From Candidatus Saganbacteria bacterium (GTDB lineage Bacteria > Margulisbacteria > WOR-1 > XYC2-FULL-46-14 > WPAF01), in the NCBI GenBank assembly GCA_016223205.1, contig JACRPM010000013.1:5002-69001 (forward strand): 64,000 nucleotides of DNA, written 5' to 3'. The notes beneath the pieces are model-generated. The model was not told the origin of the DNA and made no database searches. It saw nothing but the letters and a program-made list of their open reading frames with translations. Position numbers and translations under genes: made by a program. Positions 1 to 10,596 of this stretch are shown here, one piece after another. Within the stretch, counting starts at the first letter, position 1, and the number at the start of each line of letters is the position of its first letter.

Positions 1-6
1 TTAAGC

Positions 7-426
7 GTGCTCGAGCGCACCTTCTGCATGATAAAGCCTGATGCCTTGGCGCGCGGTTTAAAGGATCAAATTTTAGGTCGCATCAAAGAAGACGGTTTTA
101 ATATCATCAAGGAAAAAGAGTTAAAGATGGGCCGGACCGACGCGCAAAAGCTCTACGCGGTGCACCAGGGCAAATCTTTCTATGCCGGGTTGGTGAATTT
201 TATCACCTCGGGACCCGCGTATCTTATGGCGCTGGAACGGGAGGATGCCGTCCTGGAACTTAGGAAGCTGATGGGCGCGACCGATCCCCGCCAGGCCGCT
301 CCCGGGACCCTGCGCTCCGACTTTAAGGAAGATAATATCTTCAATTCGGAAGGCATCATGAAGAACGTGATCCACGGCTCCGATTCGGTCGAGAACGCGA
401 AATATGAAATATCTATTTTCTTTTAG
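7..426 (+). CDS. ndk: nucleoside diphosphate kinase
   Basis: Full-length NDK-like sequence (MLERTFCMIKPD...HGSDS) with a GTG start at 7. Confidence 0.85.
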   Translation: MLERTFCMIKPDALARGLKDQILGRIKEDGFNIIKEKELKMGRTDAQKLYAVHQGKSFYAGLVNFITSGPAYLMALEREDAVLELRKLMGATDPRQAAPGTLRSDFKEDNIFNSEGIMKNVIHGSDSVENAKYEISIFF

Positions 427-1225
427 CTTAGTTTTAATGCTGCTGTGCGGAATAGCCGCGGCGGAGGAGATAAATTTTCCCGCTCTGCAGGGCTATGTGA
501 ATGATTTTGCCAACGTGATCGGGCCCGGCGCCAAAGCGGAGATCACCGCTATCTGCGCCGACCTCGAAAAGCTTACCGGCGCGGAGATCGCGGTGGTGAC
601 CATGCCCAGCACCTCGCCGCTCGATGTAAAGACCTATGCGGTAAAACTCCTGGAGAAGTGGGGCATCGGAAAAAAGAGACAGGATAACGGTCTCTTGATC
701 CTGCTTTCGCTCACCGACCGCCGGGTGGAGGTGGAAGTGGGCTACGGGCTCGAAGGGGTCCTGCCCGACGCCAAAGTCGGCGAGATCGTCGACCGGGAGA
801 TGATCCCGCTCTTTGCCAAGGGGGAATTCGGGCAGGGACTGCTCAATGCCACCCGGGTTTACGCGGAGATCATAAAGAAAAATTATTACGGCGAAAAAGA
901 ACCGCTGCCCAGCGGCAATTCCGGGATCCCCTTTCTGCTTTTGATCATCATTGTGGTGATCGTTTTGAGCATTGTGATGCGTTCCGGATTTCCCAATCTT
1001 CTGGGGGGGATACTGGGTGCGGTCTTCGGATTTTACTATATACAGACCGTGATCGGAGCTATAATTGGAGCGGTTTTCGGATTTCTATTGGGTTACGGAG
1101 GAAGTTTTGGGGGTAGAATGTGGGGGGGGCCGTTCGGAGGTTTCGGTGGTGGAGGAGGCGGAGGAGGGTTTGGGGGATTCGGCGGAGGACGCAGTGGGGG
1201 TGGGGGAGCGGGTCGGAGTTTTTAG
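404..1225 (+). CDS. TPM-domain (TLP18.3/YgcG-like) membrane protein with C-terminal TM helix and Gly-rich tail
   Basis: Signal peptide, TPM-domain motifs, TM segment and a GGFGG low-complexity C-terminus; paired with lemA. Confidence 0.7.
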   Translation: MKYLFSFSLVLMLLCGIAAAEEINFPALQGYVNDFANVIGPGAKAEITAICADLEKLTGAEIAVVTMPSTSPLDVKTYAVKLLEKWGIGKKRQDNGLLILLSLTDRRVEVEVGYGLEGVLPDAKVGEIVDREMIPLFAKGEFGQGLLNATRVYAEIIKKNYYGEKEPLPSGNSGIPFLLLIIIVVIVLSIVMRSGFPNLLGGILGAVFGFYYIQTVIGAIIGAVFGFLLGYGGSFGGRMWGGPFGGFGGGGGGGGFGGFGGGRSGGGGAGRSF

Positions 1226-1239
1226 GCCTCACCCCTGCA

Positions 1240-1265
1240 CCCCTCTCCATTTCATGGAGAGGGGA
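1240..1265. repeat. REP-like palindrome CCCTCTCCA-N6-TGGAGAGGG (copy 1)
   Basis: Perfect inverted repeat in the TPM-lemA intergenic region; same family as 1321, 9060, 9117 and 54313. Confidence 0.7.
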
Positions 1266-1320
1266 CGGCAAGGAAAGGAGAACGGTAGTTTTAGAACAGA
1301 AAATAATCTATGAGTAGATT

Positions 1321-1343
1321 CCCTCTCCACGGAGTGGAGAGGG
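1321..1343. repeat. REP-like palindrome CCCTCTCCA-N5-TGGAGAGGG (copy 2)
   Basis: Inverted repeat ccctctccacggagtggagaggg. Confidence 0.7.
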
Positions 1344-1380
1344 ATGTCCGAAGGACAGGGTGAGGAAAAGGAGGAAAAAG

Positions 1381-1944
1381 ATGAAAGGTTGGATGTGGTT
1401 AGCCGGTATCGTGATCGTGATCCTTTTGATCGGTGGATGGGTGGCAGGCATCTACAACGGCTTGGTGGGAATGGACCAGGACGCCAAACAGAACTGGGCG
1501 CAGGTCGAGAACCAATTGCAAAGACGCTACGACCTTATCCCCAATTTGGTGGAGACCGTCAAAGGTTACGCCAAGCACGAAAAAACGCTTCTGGAGAACG
1601 TGACCCGGGCGCGCTCGGCCTGGGCTGGAGCCCAGACCCAAGGCGATAAAGTGGCGGCCGCCAATCAAATGGAGGGAGCCTTAGCTCGTTTGATGGTGGT
1701 AGTGGAGAATTATCCGCAGCTGCAAGCCGCCGCCAATTTCCGCGCGCTGCAAGACGAGCTGGCCGGCACCGAGAACCGCATTGCCGTGGCCCGCATGAGA
1801 TACAACGAATCCGTGCAATCCTACAATACCCGCGCGCGTTCCATACCCACGGTGTTCTTCGTCAGGATGTTCGGCTTTGACGGCGAAAAGATATTCTTTA
1901 AGGCCGCCGAAGGGGCCAAGGAAGCGCCCAAGGTAAAGTTCTAA
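1381..1944 (+). CDS. lemA: LemA family protein
   Basis: N-terminal TM helix plus LemA-like sequence. ATG at 1381 follows an aggagg RBS; the track's 1360 GTG is less likely. Confidence 0.75.
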   Translation: MKGWMWLAGIVIVILLIGGWVAGIYNGLVGMDQDAKQNWAQVENQLQRRYDLIPNLVETVKGYAKHEKTLLENVTRARSAWAGAQTQGDKVAAANQMEGALARLMVVVENYPQLQAAANFRALQDELAGTENRIAVARMRYNESVQSYNTRARSIPTVFFVRMFGFDGEKIFFKAAEGAKEAPKVKF

Positions 1945-3320
1945 GTGAAGATCAAAGTCGCATCCGAAGCCGTAAGCGATCGCCGGATAGTCGGCCTGTT
2001 TGAGGGCGAAAAGCAGAAGGACGTTCCGGATTATTTCAAGGGCAAGCTCGGGCAGGTCGAGGTGGTGGGCCAAAAGATCGTGGTGGGGTTGGGAAAGCGC
2101 GAGAAATTCGACCTCGAAGCGGTTAGGACGGCTTCCTCGGCGGCGATAAAAAAGGCCCGGGAGATAAAAGCGGCAACCGTTTCCACGGTGATCTTCCGGG
2201 GACGCGGCCTAAGCCTTTGCGATGCCGCCAAGGCCATAGTAGAGGGCGCAGTGCTGGGTGTCTACCGGTTTGCCGGCTATGCCAAAGAAAAAGAAGAGCC
2301 GGATTTTGCGATCAGCCGGCTGGTCCTTGTTGTAAACGACAAGAAAGATCTCAAATCTGCCGAGAAGGGAGCGGAGCTCGGCCGCATCATCGCCGAGGCC
2401 GAAAATCACGCCCGCGACCTGGTGAACGAGCCCAGCAATAAGCTGACCCCCACGGCTTTCGCCAAGCTGGCGGAGCGCATCGCCAAGATCAACGACCTCA
2501 AATTCACCTCGCTCGATCCCAAAGCCGAAGGCCTGGGAGCCCTGCTGTCGGTAGCCAAGGGCTCCGATGAGCCCCCGCGCCTGGTAATGCTGGAGTACCG
2601 GGGCGATCCAAAGTCCAAAGAAAAGATCGCGCTCATCGGCAAGGGCATCACTTTTGATTCGGGCGGCATTTCGCTCAAGCCCAGCAAGAAGATGTACGAA
2701 ATGAAGTGCGATATGGCGGGGGCGGCGGCGGTGCTGGGGGTGATGAGCCTGCTCAACGACCTTAGGCCCAAAAAGAACGTGATCGGGGTAATTCCCCTGA
2801 CCGAGAACATGCCCTCGGGGCACGCCACCAAGCCGGGGGATGTGGTAACCTCCCTTTCCGGTTTGACCGTTGAGATCATCAACACCGATGCCGAGGGCCG
2901 CCTGATACTGGCCGATGCCGTGACGTACGCCAAAAACTTAGGCGCCACCAAACTGGTGGATATCGCCACCCTGACCGGGGGCTGTATCGTGGCGTTGGGC
3001 GACGATGCCACCGGGGTCATCGGCAACAACCAAAAGCTGATCGACCAGATCGTTGAGACCGGCAATGCCTGCGGGCAGAAGATGTGGCAGCTGCCGCTTT
3101 ATGACGAATTCAAGCAGAGCTTAAAAAGCAAGCTGGCCGATATCAAGAATTCTTCCGAGACCGGCAAGGCCCAACCCTCGACCGGCGCCGCCTTTATCGC
3201 CAAATTCGTGGGAGATACCCCCTGGGCGCACCTCGATATCGCCGGCACCGCCTTTTTGGACAAGGAGCACGGGTACCTGCCGGAGGGCGCCACCGGAGTG
3301 CCGGTCCGCACGCTCATCGA

Positions 3321-3336
<16 letters not shown>
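1945..3336 (+). CDS. pepA: leucyl aminopeptidase (M17 family)
   Basis: M17 signature NTDAEGRL and conserved C-terminal catalytic domain. GTG start. Confidence 0.85.
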
Positions 3337-3998
<662 letters not shown>

Positions 3999-4020
3999 AC
4001 TGCAAGGCCTGGCAGAAGTG

Positions 4021-5016
4021 GTGCTCAAGAGCATGGCCGAGGGCGTGCTGGTGACCGATGAAGACGGCAAGATCGTGCTGGCCAACCTGGCGGTGGAGCG
4101 CGTCTTTTCGGTGACCGAGCCGGAGATCAAGGGAAAGACCATTCGTTTGGCCATCCGCAATAACGAGATCGCCGACCTGGCCGCCGAAGTGATCAAGACC
4201 AAAAAAACGGTAGAGCGGGAGATCAGCATCATTTTTCCAGTGGAGGCGGATTTTCTAGCTTTGGCTTCTCCGGTGCAGAGGGAGGGGGGAGGGGTAGTAT
4301 GCGTACTGCACGATATCACGCAGCTGCGGAAGCTCGAACGCTTCCGTTCGGAATTCGCGGCCAATATCTCCCATGAGCTTAAAACCCCTTTGACCTCGAT
4401 CCGCAATTATGTGGAGACCCTGCTGGCCGGGGCGCTTAAGGACGAAAAACACAACCTGGAATTTCTAAACAAGATCGAAAAGCACGCCCTCAATCTTTCT
4501 TCCCTGATCGAAGATATTTTGGAGATCTCGAAGCTGGAATCGCGCCAGCAGATCGGGCAATTTTCCCGGGTGGATCTGGCGGTCGTGATCGACCATGCAG
4601 CCGAGACCATCGCGGAGAAGGCCAAAAAGAAGAAGATCGCTATCCAAAAGACCTGCGAGAAAGACGCCTTCCTGATCCAGGGGTTGGGAGACCATATTTA
4701 CCGCGCTATTTTGAACCTGCTGGATAATGCGATCAATTATACCAACGAAGGCGGCCGGGTTGAGATCTCTTGTTACCGTAATGACGGCCAAATTATCGTA
4801 AATGTCAAAGACAGCGGCATCGGCATCACCGCAGAGCACCTGCCGCGCATCTTCGAGCGCTTCTACCGGGTGGACAAGGCCCGCTCTCGTGAGCTGGGAG
4901 GCACCGGTTTGGGCTTGGCCATAGTCAAGCACGTTATGAACCTGCATAACGGGACGGTTTCGGCTGAAAGCAAGGAAGGTCAAGGCTCCACCTTCACGCT
5001 CACCTTCCCCGCCTAA
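4021..5016 (+). CDS. phoR: PAS-domain sensor histidine kinase (PhoR-like, no TM segment)
   Basis: PAS domain, HisKA H-box (SHELKTPL) and HATPase_c N, G1 and G2 boxes. Start is GTG 4021 or ATG 4033, not the track's 3742. Confidence 0.75.
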   Translation: MLKSMAEGVLVTDEDGKIVLANLAVERVFSVTEPEIKGKTIRLAIRNNEIADLAAEVIKTKKTVEREISIIFPVEADFLALASPVQREGGGVVCVLHDITQLRKLERFRSEFAANISHELKTPLTSIRNYVETLLAGALKDEKHNLEFLNKIEKHALNLSSLIEDILEISKLESRQQIGQFSRVDLAVVIDHAAETIAEKAKKKKIAIQKTCEKDAFLIQGLGDHIYRAILNLLDNAINYTNEGGRVEISCYRNDGQIIVNVKDSGIGITAEHLPRIFERFYRVDKARSRELGGTGLGLAIVKHVMNLHNGTVSAESKEGQGSTFTLTFPA

Positions 5017-5097
5017 AATAATTTACCTGTCGTTAACATTCAATTCATCAATCCTTAATCGCCTCCTCCGATAATAATGGCATAAGGAGGATGAAAC

Positions 5098-5706
5098 ATG
5101 CTTAAAAGATCGATCCTGATCCTGGCCTTGGTGATTATTTCAACATCCTTCGCCCGGGCGGATTCAGAATTATGGTTGACGACCACCCTGCAAAAACCCA
5201 TCAGAGAAGGCCTGGCTTTTAATGTGATCCCCGAAATTCGCGTCCGGAACAATATGAGCGACCTGTACTACCTCCGCCTCTATCTCGGCCCGGCATTCCA
5301 ATTGAGCAAGAATTGGGGTCTTAATGTTTATTACGCGCCCAATTATGTGAAAAGCGGCAGTTACTGGACCTCGCTTTATTATCTGGACGCGATCTATAAT
5401 TTGCCCTTGCCCTGGCTGGTCTTTAACAACCGAGCGCGGTTCGAATTTGACGCCGCTCCCCAGGTCCTTAAATACCGCGATCAATTTTTGTTCAGCCGCA
5501 ACGGCTGGTTCGCGGCCGATGAACTTTTTTATAATTTGAACCGGGGCTACTTCGATGAAGGACGATCTTTCATCGGCTACACCTTCAAGGTTCGGGACAA
5601 GATCGATCTTTCGCTTGGTTATCTGTGGCGCCGACAGAAGGCGACCCCAACGGCGGATTGGGTGAGGACCGGCGCATTTAATGTGGGCGCGAAAATAGTT
5701 TATTAA
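5098..5706 (+). CDS. DUF2490-like outer-membrane beta-barrel protein
   Basis: Signal peptide, alternating aromatic/hydrophobic beta-strand pattern and C-terminal aromatic residue; strong RBS aaggagg. Confidence 0.5.
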   Translation: MLKRSILILALVIISTSFARADSELWLTTTLQKPIREGLAFNVIPEIRVRNNMSDLYYLRLYLGPAFQLSKNWGLNVYYAPNYVKSGSYWTSLYYLDAIYNLPLPWLVFNNRARFEFDAAPQVLKYRDQFLFSRNGWFAADELFYNLNRGYFDEGRSFIGYTFKVRDKIDLSLGYLWRRQKATPTADWVRTGAFNVGAKIVY

Positions 5707-5718
5707 GGAGAAAATCTC

Positions 5719-6570
5719 ATGAAATTAGGTTTGGTTATTGTTTCTTGTCTCTTGGTTATTGTGTTGGTTGCCGGCTGTGGCGGCGGTAAAAAAGCCATCC
5801 AGGTCAAAGGCTCCGACACCATGGTGAACCTGGGCCAGGCCTGGTCCGAGGAATTTATGAAACAGAACCCGGAGATCTCCATTGCGATGACCGGCGGCGG
5901 TTCGGGAACGGGAATAGCGGCCCTGATCGGCGGGACCACCGATATCGCCCAGGCCTCGCGCAACATGGAACCCAAGGAGATCGAGCTGGCACGGAAAAAG
6001 GGCATCGAACCCAAAGAGATCCACGTGGCCAACGACGGCATCACCCTGGTGGTCCACCCGAAAAATCCGGTCAGCCGGCTGACCGTTAAACAGCTTTCCG
6101 ATATATATATCGGGAAGATCAAGAATTGGAAAGAGGTGGGCGGCCCGGACCTGAAGATCGTGGCGCTCTCGCGCGAAAGAAATTCCGGGACTCATGTTTT
6201 CTTTTTGGAGCACGTCGTCAAGCTGGGCGAAAAAAAGAACAAGAACGAATTCGCCCCTGCCATCCTCATGATGCCTTCCTCGCAGGCCATAATAGAAGAG
6301 GTCAAGGCCAATCCTTCGGCCATCGGCTATGTGGGCTTAGGTTACTTGACCGACCAGGAGAAAGCCCTGGAGATCGCCCGCGCTCCGGGTTCGGCCTATG
6401 TAAAACCTTCTATTAAAACCGTCACCAGCAACCAGTATCCCATTTCGCGCTCCCTGCTTTTCTATACCAATGGGGAACCGACCGGAGATGTTAAATCGTT
6501 CATCGATTATGTCTTAAGCAAGCCAGGCCAAAAGATGGTCTTGAAAATGGATTTTGTGCCTATCAAGTGA
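5719..6570 (+). CDS. pstS: phosphate ABC transporter substrate-binding lipoprotein
   Basis: Lipobox LVAGC and PstS-like sequence. Confidence 0.85.
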   Translation: MKLGLVIVSCLLVIVLVAGCGGGKKAIQVKGSDTMVNLGQAWSEEFMKQNPEISIAMTGGGSGTGIAALIGGTTDIAQASRNMEPKEIELARKKGIEPKEIHVANDGITLVVHPKNPVSRLTVKQLSDIYIGKIKNWKEVGGPDLKIVALSRERNSGTHVFFLEHVVKLGEKKNKNEFAPAILMMPSSQAIIEEVKANPSAIGYVGLGYLTDQEKALEIARAPGSAYVKPSIKTVTSNQYPISRSLLFYTNGEPTGDVKSFIDYVLSKPGQKMVLKMDFVPIK

Positions 6571-7433
6571 AAAGGGCCTTTGAATATTTCATCGAAAAGC
6601 TGATCCTGCTCTCGGGGATCGCGTCGATAATCTTCGTGATCCTGATATTCATTTTCCTGCTTAGGGAAGGGCTATCCCTTTTTGCCGCGACCAATCCGCT
6701 GGAGTTCCTTTTTGGCCGGAACTGGTATCCCATCTCGGATCCGCCGCAGTTCGGCATATTGCCGCTTATCTTAGGATCGCTTTTGGTAACCCTGGGCGCG
6801 ATCATCATCGCCGTACCCCTGGGCATTGCCGCCGCGGTCTATGTGGCGGAGATCGCCCCCCTGTGGCTGCGCGACATCTTAAAATCGGGGATCGAACTAT
6901 TAGCGGCGATACCGAGCATCGTTTTGGGTTTTATCGGCATCGCGACTTTGGCCCCAATGCTCAAGGCCGTCTTTCACCTGCCCAGCGGGCTTACCGCCCT
7001 GGCCGGCTCCATCATGCTGGCCTTTATGGCCATGCCCACCATCGTTTCGATCATCGAGGATTCCATCGTCTCGGTGCCCAAAAGTTACAAAGAAGGATCG
7101 TTAGCCCTGGGCGCCACCCATTGGCAGACCATTTACAAGGTGATCCTGCCGGCGGCTTCGTCCGGGATACTCGCGGCCATTATGCTCGGCATTGGCCGGG
7201 TGGTGGGCGAGACCATGGCGGTCTTAATGATCACCGGCAACGCCGCGGTCCTGCCCACCAGTTTCCTCCAGCCCGTCCGGACCTTGACGGCCACCATCGC
7301 CGCCGAGATGGGGGAGGCGGTGGCCGGCAGTTCGCATTATTACGCGCTGTTCGCCATCGGCATAGTGCTCTTTGTGATCAGTTTTGTTATCAACCTGCTG
7401 GCGGACATGTTCCTGCACCGGAAGGTTAAATAA
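6567..7433 (+). CDS. pstC: phosphate ABC transporter permease PstC
   Basis: ABC permease with EAA-like motif; first permease of the pst operon. Confidence 0.85.
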   Translation: MKRAFEYFIEKLILLSGIASIIFVILIFIFLLREGLSLFAATNPLEFLFGRNWYPISDPPQFGILPLILGSLLVTLGAIIIAVPLGIAAAVYVAEIAPLWLRDILKSGIELLAAIPSIVLGFIGIATLAPMLKAVFHLPSGLTALAGSIMLAFMAMPTIVSIIEDSIVSVPKSYKEGSLALGATHWQTIYKVILPAASSGILAAIMLGIGRVVGETMAVLMITGNAAVLPTSFLQPVRTLTATIAAEMGEAVAGSSHYYALFAIGIVLFVISFVINLLADMFLHRKVK

Positions 7434-8278
7434 TGGACACCAAAACCAAAGAAAAAATAGCATTTATCATCCTGCTTATCGCTACCATACTCGTAGTAAC
7501 TCCGGTGGCGCTGATCATGCTGTTGGTGCTCATAAACGGGCTCCCGGCGCTGACCCCCGAATTTATTTTCGGCTCGCCGCGCGAAGGCATGCGGGCCGGG
7601 GGGATCTTTCCGGCGATCGTCGGCACTTTGTATCTGACGCTGGGGACCGCGGTCTTCTCCATTCCATTGGGGATACTGGCGGCGATCTATTTAAACGAAT
7701 ACGCCGCCCGCAACTGGCTCACGCGCACCATTGAGCTGGCCATCATCAACCTGGCCGGAGTGCCATCGATCGTCTACGGCCTGTTCGGCCTGGGATTGTT
7801 CGTCACCTTCCTCAATTTCGGCGCCTCGATCCTTTCGGGGTCGTTGACCTTGGCGATCATGACGCTGCCGGTCATTATCACCGCCACGCGGGAGGCCTTA
7901 AACTCCGTGCCCCGCTCTTTCCGCGAGGTCAGCTTTTCTTTGGGAGCATCGCGCTGGCAGACCGTGCGGCACGTGGTACTGCCCAACGCCATACCCGGGA
8001 TATTGACCGGCACCATACTGGGGCTTTCACGGGCGGCGGGTGAGACCGCCCCGATCCTCTTTACCGTAGCCGCCTTCTATCTGCCCCGGCTGCCGCAATC
8101 GGTCTACGACCAGGCCATGGCCCTGCCGTACCATATATATGTCCTCTCCACCCAGGTGCCCAATGTCTCGGTCAAGGTCCAGTACGGCACCGTGCTGGTA
8201 TTGGTGCTCTTGATCTTTGTCCTCAACTTGGCCGCTTCGGTTTTGCGGACCAGGTTCCGCCGGAGAAAAACATGGTAA
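7433..8278 (+). CDS. pstA: phosphate ABC transporter permease PstA
   Basis: Second permease; start overlaps the pstC stop. Confidence 0.85.
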   Translation: MDTKTKEKIAFIILLIATILVVTPVALIMLLVLINGLPALTPEFIFGSPREGMRAGGIFPAIVGTLYLTLGTAVFSIPLGILAAIYLNEYAARNWLTRTIELAIINLAGVPSIVYGLFGLGLFVTFLNFGASILSGSLTLAIMTLPVIITATREALNSVPRSFREVSFSLGASRWQTVRHVVLPNAIPGILTGTILGLSRAAGETAPILFTVAAFYLPRLPQSVYDQAMALPYHIYVLSTQVPNVSVKVQYGTVLVLVLLIFVLNLAASVLRTRFRRRKTW

Positions 8279-9021
8279 AAGTCAAAATTAATAATTTGAG
8301 CGTTTGGTATAACAACCAGCCGGCAGTCAAGAATATTTCTCTTGAAGTAAAAACCAATGAGATCCTGGGTGTGATCGGTCCGAGCAACAGCGGCAAGACC
8401 TCTTTCTTAAAGACCTTAAACCGCTTAAACGAGCTTTATCCTAATTCCCGGACGACCGGGGAAGTTTTGCTTGATGGCCTGGATATTTTTAAGCAGGTCG
8501 ACAAGCACCTGCTGCGTAAAAGGGTGGGGATCGTCTTTGCCCTGCCTTTGCCCTTGCCGCTTTCTATCTTCGACAACATCGCTTACGGCCCGAGAATGCA
8601 CGGCATCAAAAGCCGGAAGAAGCTCCAGGAGATCGTGGAGAGGTCGCTTAGGTCGGCGGCCATCTGGGACGAGGTGAAGGACCGCCTGCCGGTAAACGCC
8701 TTTAAGTTGTCAGGGGGGCAGCAGCAGCGGCTGTGCATCGCGCGAACGCTGGCGGTGGAGCCGGAGGTCATCCTTTACGATGAGCCCTGCTCCGGGCTCG
8801 ATCCCATCTCGACCCTGCGCATCGAAGAAGCCATGCGGGAATTGAAAAAAAATTATACCCAGGTTTTGGTCACCAACAACGTCAAGCAGGCCGCCAGGGT
8901 TAGTGACCGCACGGCTTACTTCCTCATGGGGGAGATGATCGAGATCGGGGAGACCAAGGACGTCTTCACCCGGCCGGCCGATAAACGCACGGACGATTAC
9001 ATCACGGGGAGATTCGGATGA
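8272..9021 (+). CDS. pstB: phosphate ABC transporter ATP-binding protein
   Basis: Walker A GPSNSGKT, LSGGQQQRL signature and Walker B. Confidence 0.85.
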   Translation: MVKVKINNLSVWYNNQPAVKNISLEVKTNEILGVIGPSNSGKTSFLKTLNRLNELYPNSRTTGEVLLDGLDIFKQVDKHLLRKRVGIVFALPLPLPLSIFDNIAYGPRMHGIKSRKKLQEIVERSLRSAAIWDEVKDRLPVNAFKLSGGQQQRLCIARTLAVEPEVILYDEPCSGLDPISTLRIEEAMRELKKNYTQVLVTNNVKQAARVSDRTAYFLMGEMIEIGETKDVFTRPADKRTDDYITGRFG

Positions 9022-9059
9022 CCTCACCCACCATTCCTCATTATCATTCGGAATGGTCC

Positions 9060-9085
9060 CCCCTCTCCATCGGAGATGGAGAGGG
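9060..9085. repeat. REP-like palindrome (copy 3)
   Basis: ccctctccatcggagatggagaggg, between pstB and pstB2. Confidence 0.7.
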
Positions 9086-9116
9086 CCGAAAGGGAAGAAT
9101 GATTCAAGTTGCATCT

Positions 9117-9142
9117 GCCCTCTCCACGAAGTGGAGAGGGGG
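9117..9142. repeat. REP-like palindrome (copy 4)
   Basis: ccctctccacgaagtggagagggg. Confidence 0.7.
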
Positions 9143-9172
9143 GACCCGAGCGACGCGAAGGGTGGGTGAGGG

Positions 9173-9931
9173 ATGAAGAAAAACAAGATCGAAGTGAAGG
9201 ACCTGGACCTTTTTTACGGCGATTTCCACGCGCTCAAGGACGTCAAGGTCGGCATAGAAGAAAAGGTGATCACCTCGATCATCGGGCCCAGCGGCTGCGG
9301 TAAGTCCACCCTGCTTAGGGTCCTAAACCGCATGAACGACCTGGTGGAAGGGATCAAGATCACGGGGTCGGTTAAGATCGACGGGCAGGATGTGTACTCA
9401 CCGAATTGCGACCTGGTGGCCCTGCGCAAGCAGGTGGGAATGGTCTTTCAGCGGCCCAATCCCTTCCCGCTTTCCATTTATGATAACGTCATCTACGGTC
9501 CGCGGGTCCACGGCGAAAAGGACCGGGATCGTTTAAACGCGCTGGCGGAAGAGAGTTTGCGTTCGGTTTTGCTCTTCGACGAGCTTAAAGATCATTTGCG
9601 GGATTCGGCCTTGACCCTTTCGCTTGAGCAGCAGCAGCGCCTGTGCATCGCGCGGCTTTTAGCGGTCTGCCCGGAAGTGATACTGCTCGATGAGCCCTGT
9701 TCGGCGCTCGATCCTTACTCCACCCTAAAGATCGAAGAGTTGCTGCAAACGCTCAAAAGGGACTATACTATCCTGATAGTTACGCACAACATGCAGCAGG
9801 CGGCGCGGGCATCGGATTTTACTTTTTACATGCTTTTGGGAGAGATGATCGAGTACGGCGAGACCAAACAGGTCTTCACCTCTCCCCAGGATCCCCGCAC
9901 CGAGGAATACATTACAGGGAGGTTTGGATAA
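9173..9931 (+). CDS. pstB: second phosphate ABC transporter ATP-binding protein
   Basis: Paralogue of pstB: Walker A GPSGCGKS and LSLEQQQRL. Confidence 0.85.
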   Translation: MKKNKIEVKDLDLFYGDFHALKDVKVGIEEKVITSIIGPSGCGKSTLLRVLNRMNDLVEGIKITGSVKIDGQDVYSPNCDLVALRKQVGMVFQRPNPFPLSIYDNVIYGPRVHGEKDRDRLNALAEESLRSVLLFDELKDHLRDSALTLSLEQQQRLCIARLLAVCPEVILLDEPCSALDPYSTLKIEELLQTLKRDYTILIVTHNMQQAARASDFTFYMLLGEMIEYGETKQVFTSPQDPRTEEYITGRFG

Positions 9932-9933
9932 AT

Positions 9934-10596
9934 ATGGACGCTTTGAGAAAGACCTTTGAGCAGGAATTGAAGGACCTGGAGGAACAGGTGATGGCCATGG
10001 GCATCACGGTGATGGAGATGCTTAAGCGCGCCATGCAGGCCTATAAAAAAGAGGACGGCAAGCTTATCGAAGAGGTCATCAAGCTGGATGACACGGTCGA
10101 CAAATATAATCTGGAGATCGAGACCCATTGCCTGCAGCTTTTGGCCACCCAGCAGCCCATGGCGCGGGACCTGCGTTTTATCGCTTCCACCATGCGCATC
10201 ATCTCGGATATCGAGCGGATGGGGGATTACACCGTGGATGTGGCCAAATTTGCCCGCCGCCTCATCGGTCTTCCCAAGCTTTCGTTTACGAACTCGATCC
10301 CCGAGATGGGGGATCTGGTGATGCAAATGCTTAAGGAAACCCTGGAGGCGCTCTCCACCAAAGATCTGGGGCTGATCGTCAAGATGATCGAAGACGACAA
10401 CCGGGTGGACGCCGCCCTGCGCGATATGTTCGACAAGGTGCTCTCCGAGATCGAGCGCAATCCCAAAGCCGCCCGGGAAGCCATTTACCTGCTGTTGATG
10501 GCGCGGTATCTCGAGCGGGTGGCCGACCACATCACCAACGTAGGGGAACGCGTCCATTATTCCGAGACCGGCGAGATGAAGGAACTGCATGCCTAA
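9934..10596 (+). CDS. phoU: phosphate signalling complex protein PhoU
   Basis: Two PhoU repeats. Confidence 0.85.
   Translation: MDALRKTFEQELKDLEEQVMAMGITVMEMLKRAMQAYKKEDGKLIEEVIKLDDTVDKYNLEIETHCLQLLATQQPMARDLRFIASTMRIISDIERMGDYTVDVAKFARRLIGLPKLSFTNSIPEMGDLVMQMLKETLEALSTKDLGLIVKMIEDDNRVDAALRDMFDKVLSEIERNPKAAREAIYLLLMARYLERVADHITNVGERVHYSETGEMKELHA

Noticed and set aside
1065-1317. Gly/Arg-rich ORFs overlapping the TPM gene tail
   Set aside because: Alternate frames of the GGN-repeat region encoding the glycine-rich C-terminus of the TPM protein.
2209-3065. Long minus-strand ORFs (2209..2823 and 2406..3065) antisense to pepA
   Set aside because: They lie entirely inside a well-supported plus-strand gene; they are high-GC frame artefacts with Arg/Pro/Ala-rich composition.
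5017-5097. Pho box upstream of the DUF2490/pstS genes
   Set aside because: ctgtcgttaac...tcatcaa only loosely resembles the CTGTCAT-N4-CTGTCAT consensus; no convincing direct repeat.
6863-7429. 188-aa Arg/His/Gly-rich ORF inside pstC
   Set aside because: Alternate frame of the pstC permease; no independent support.
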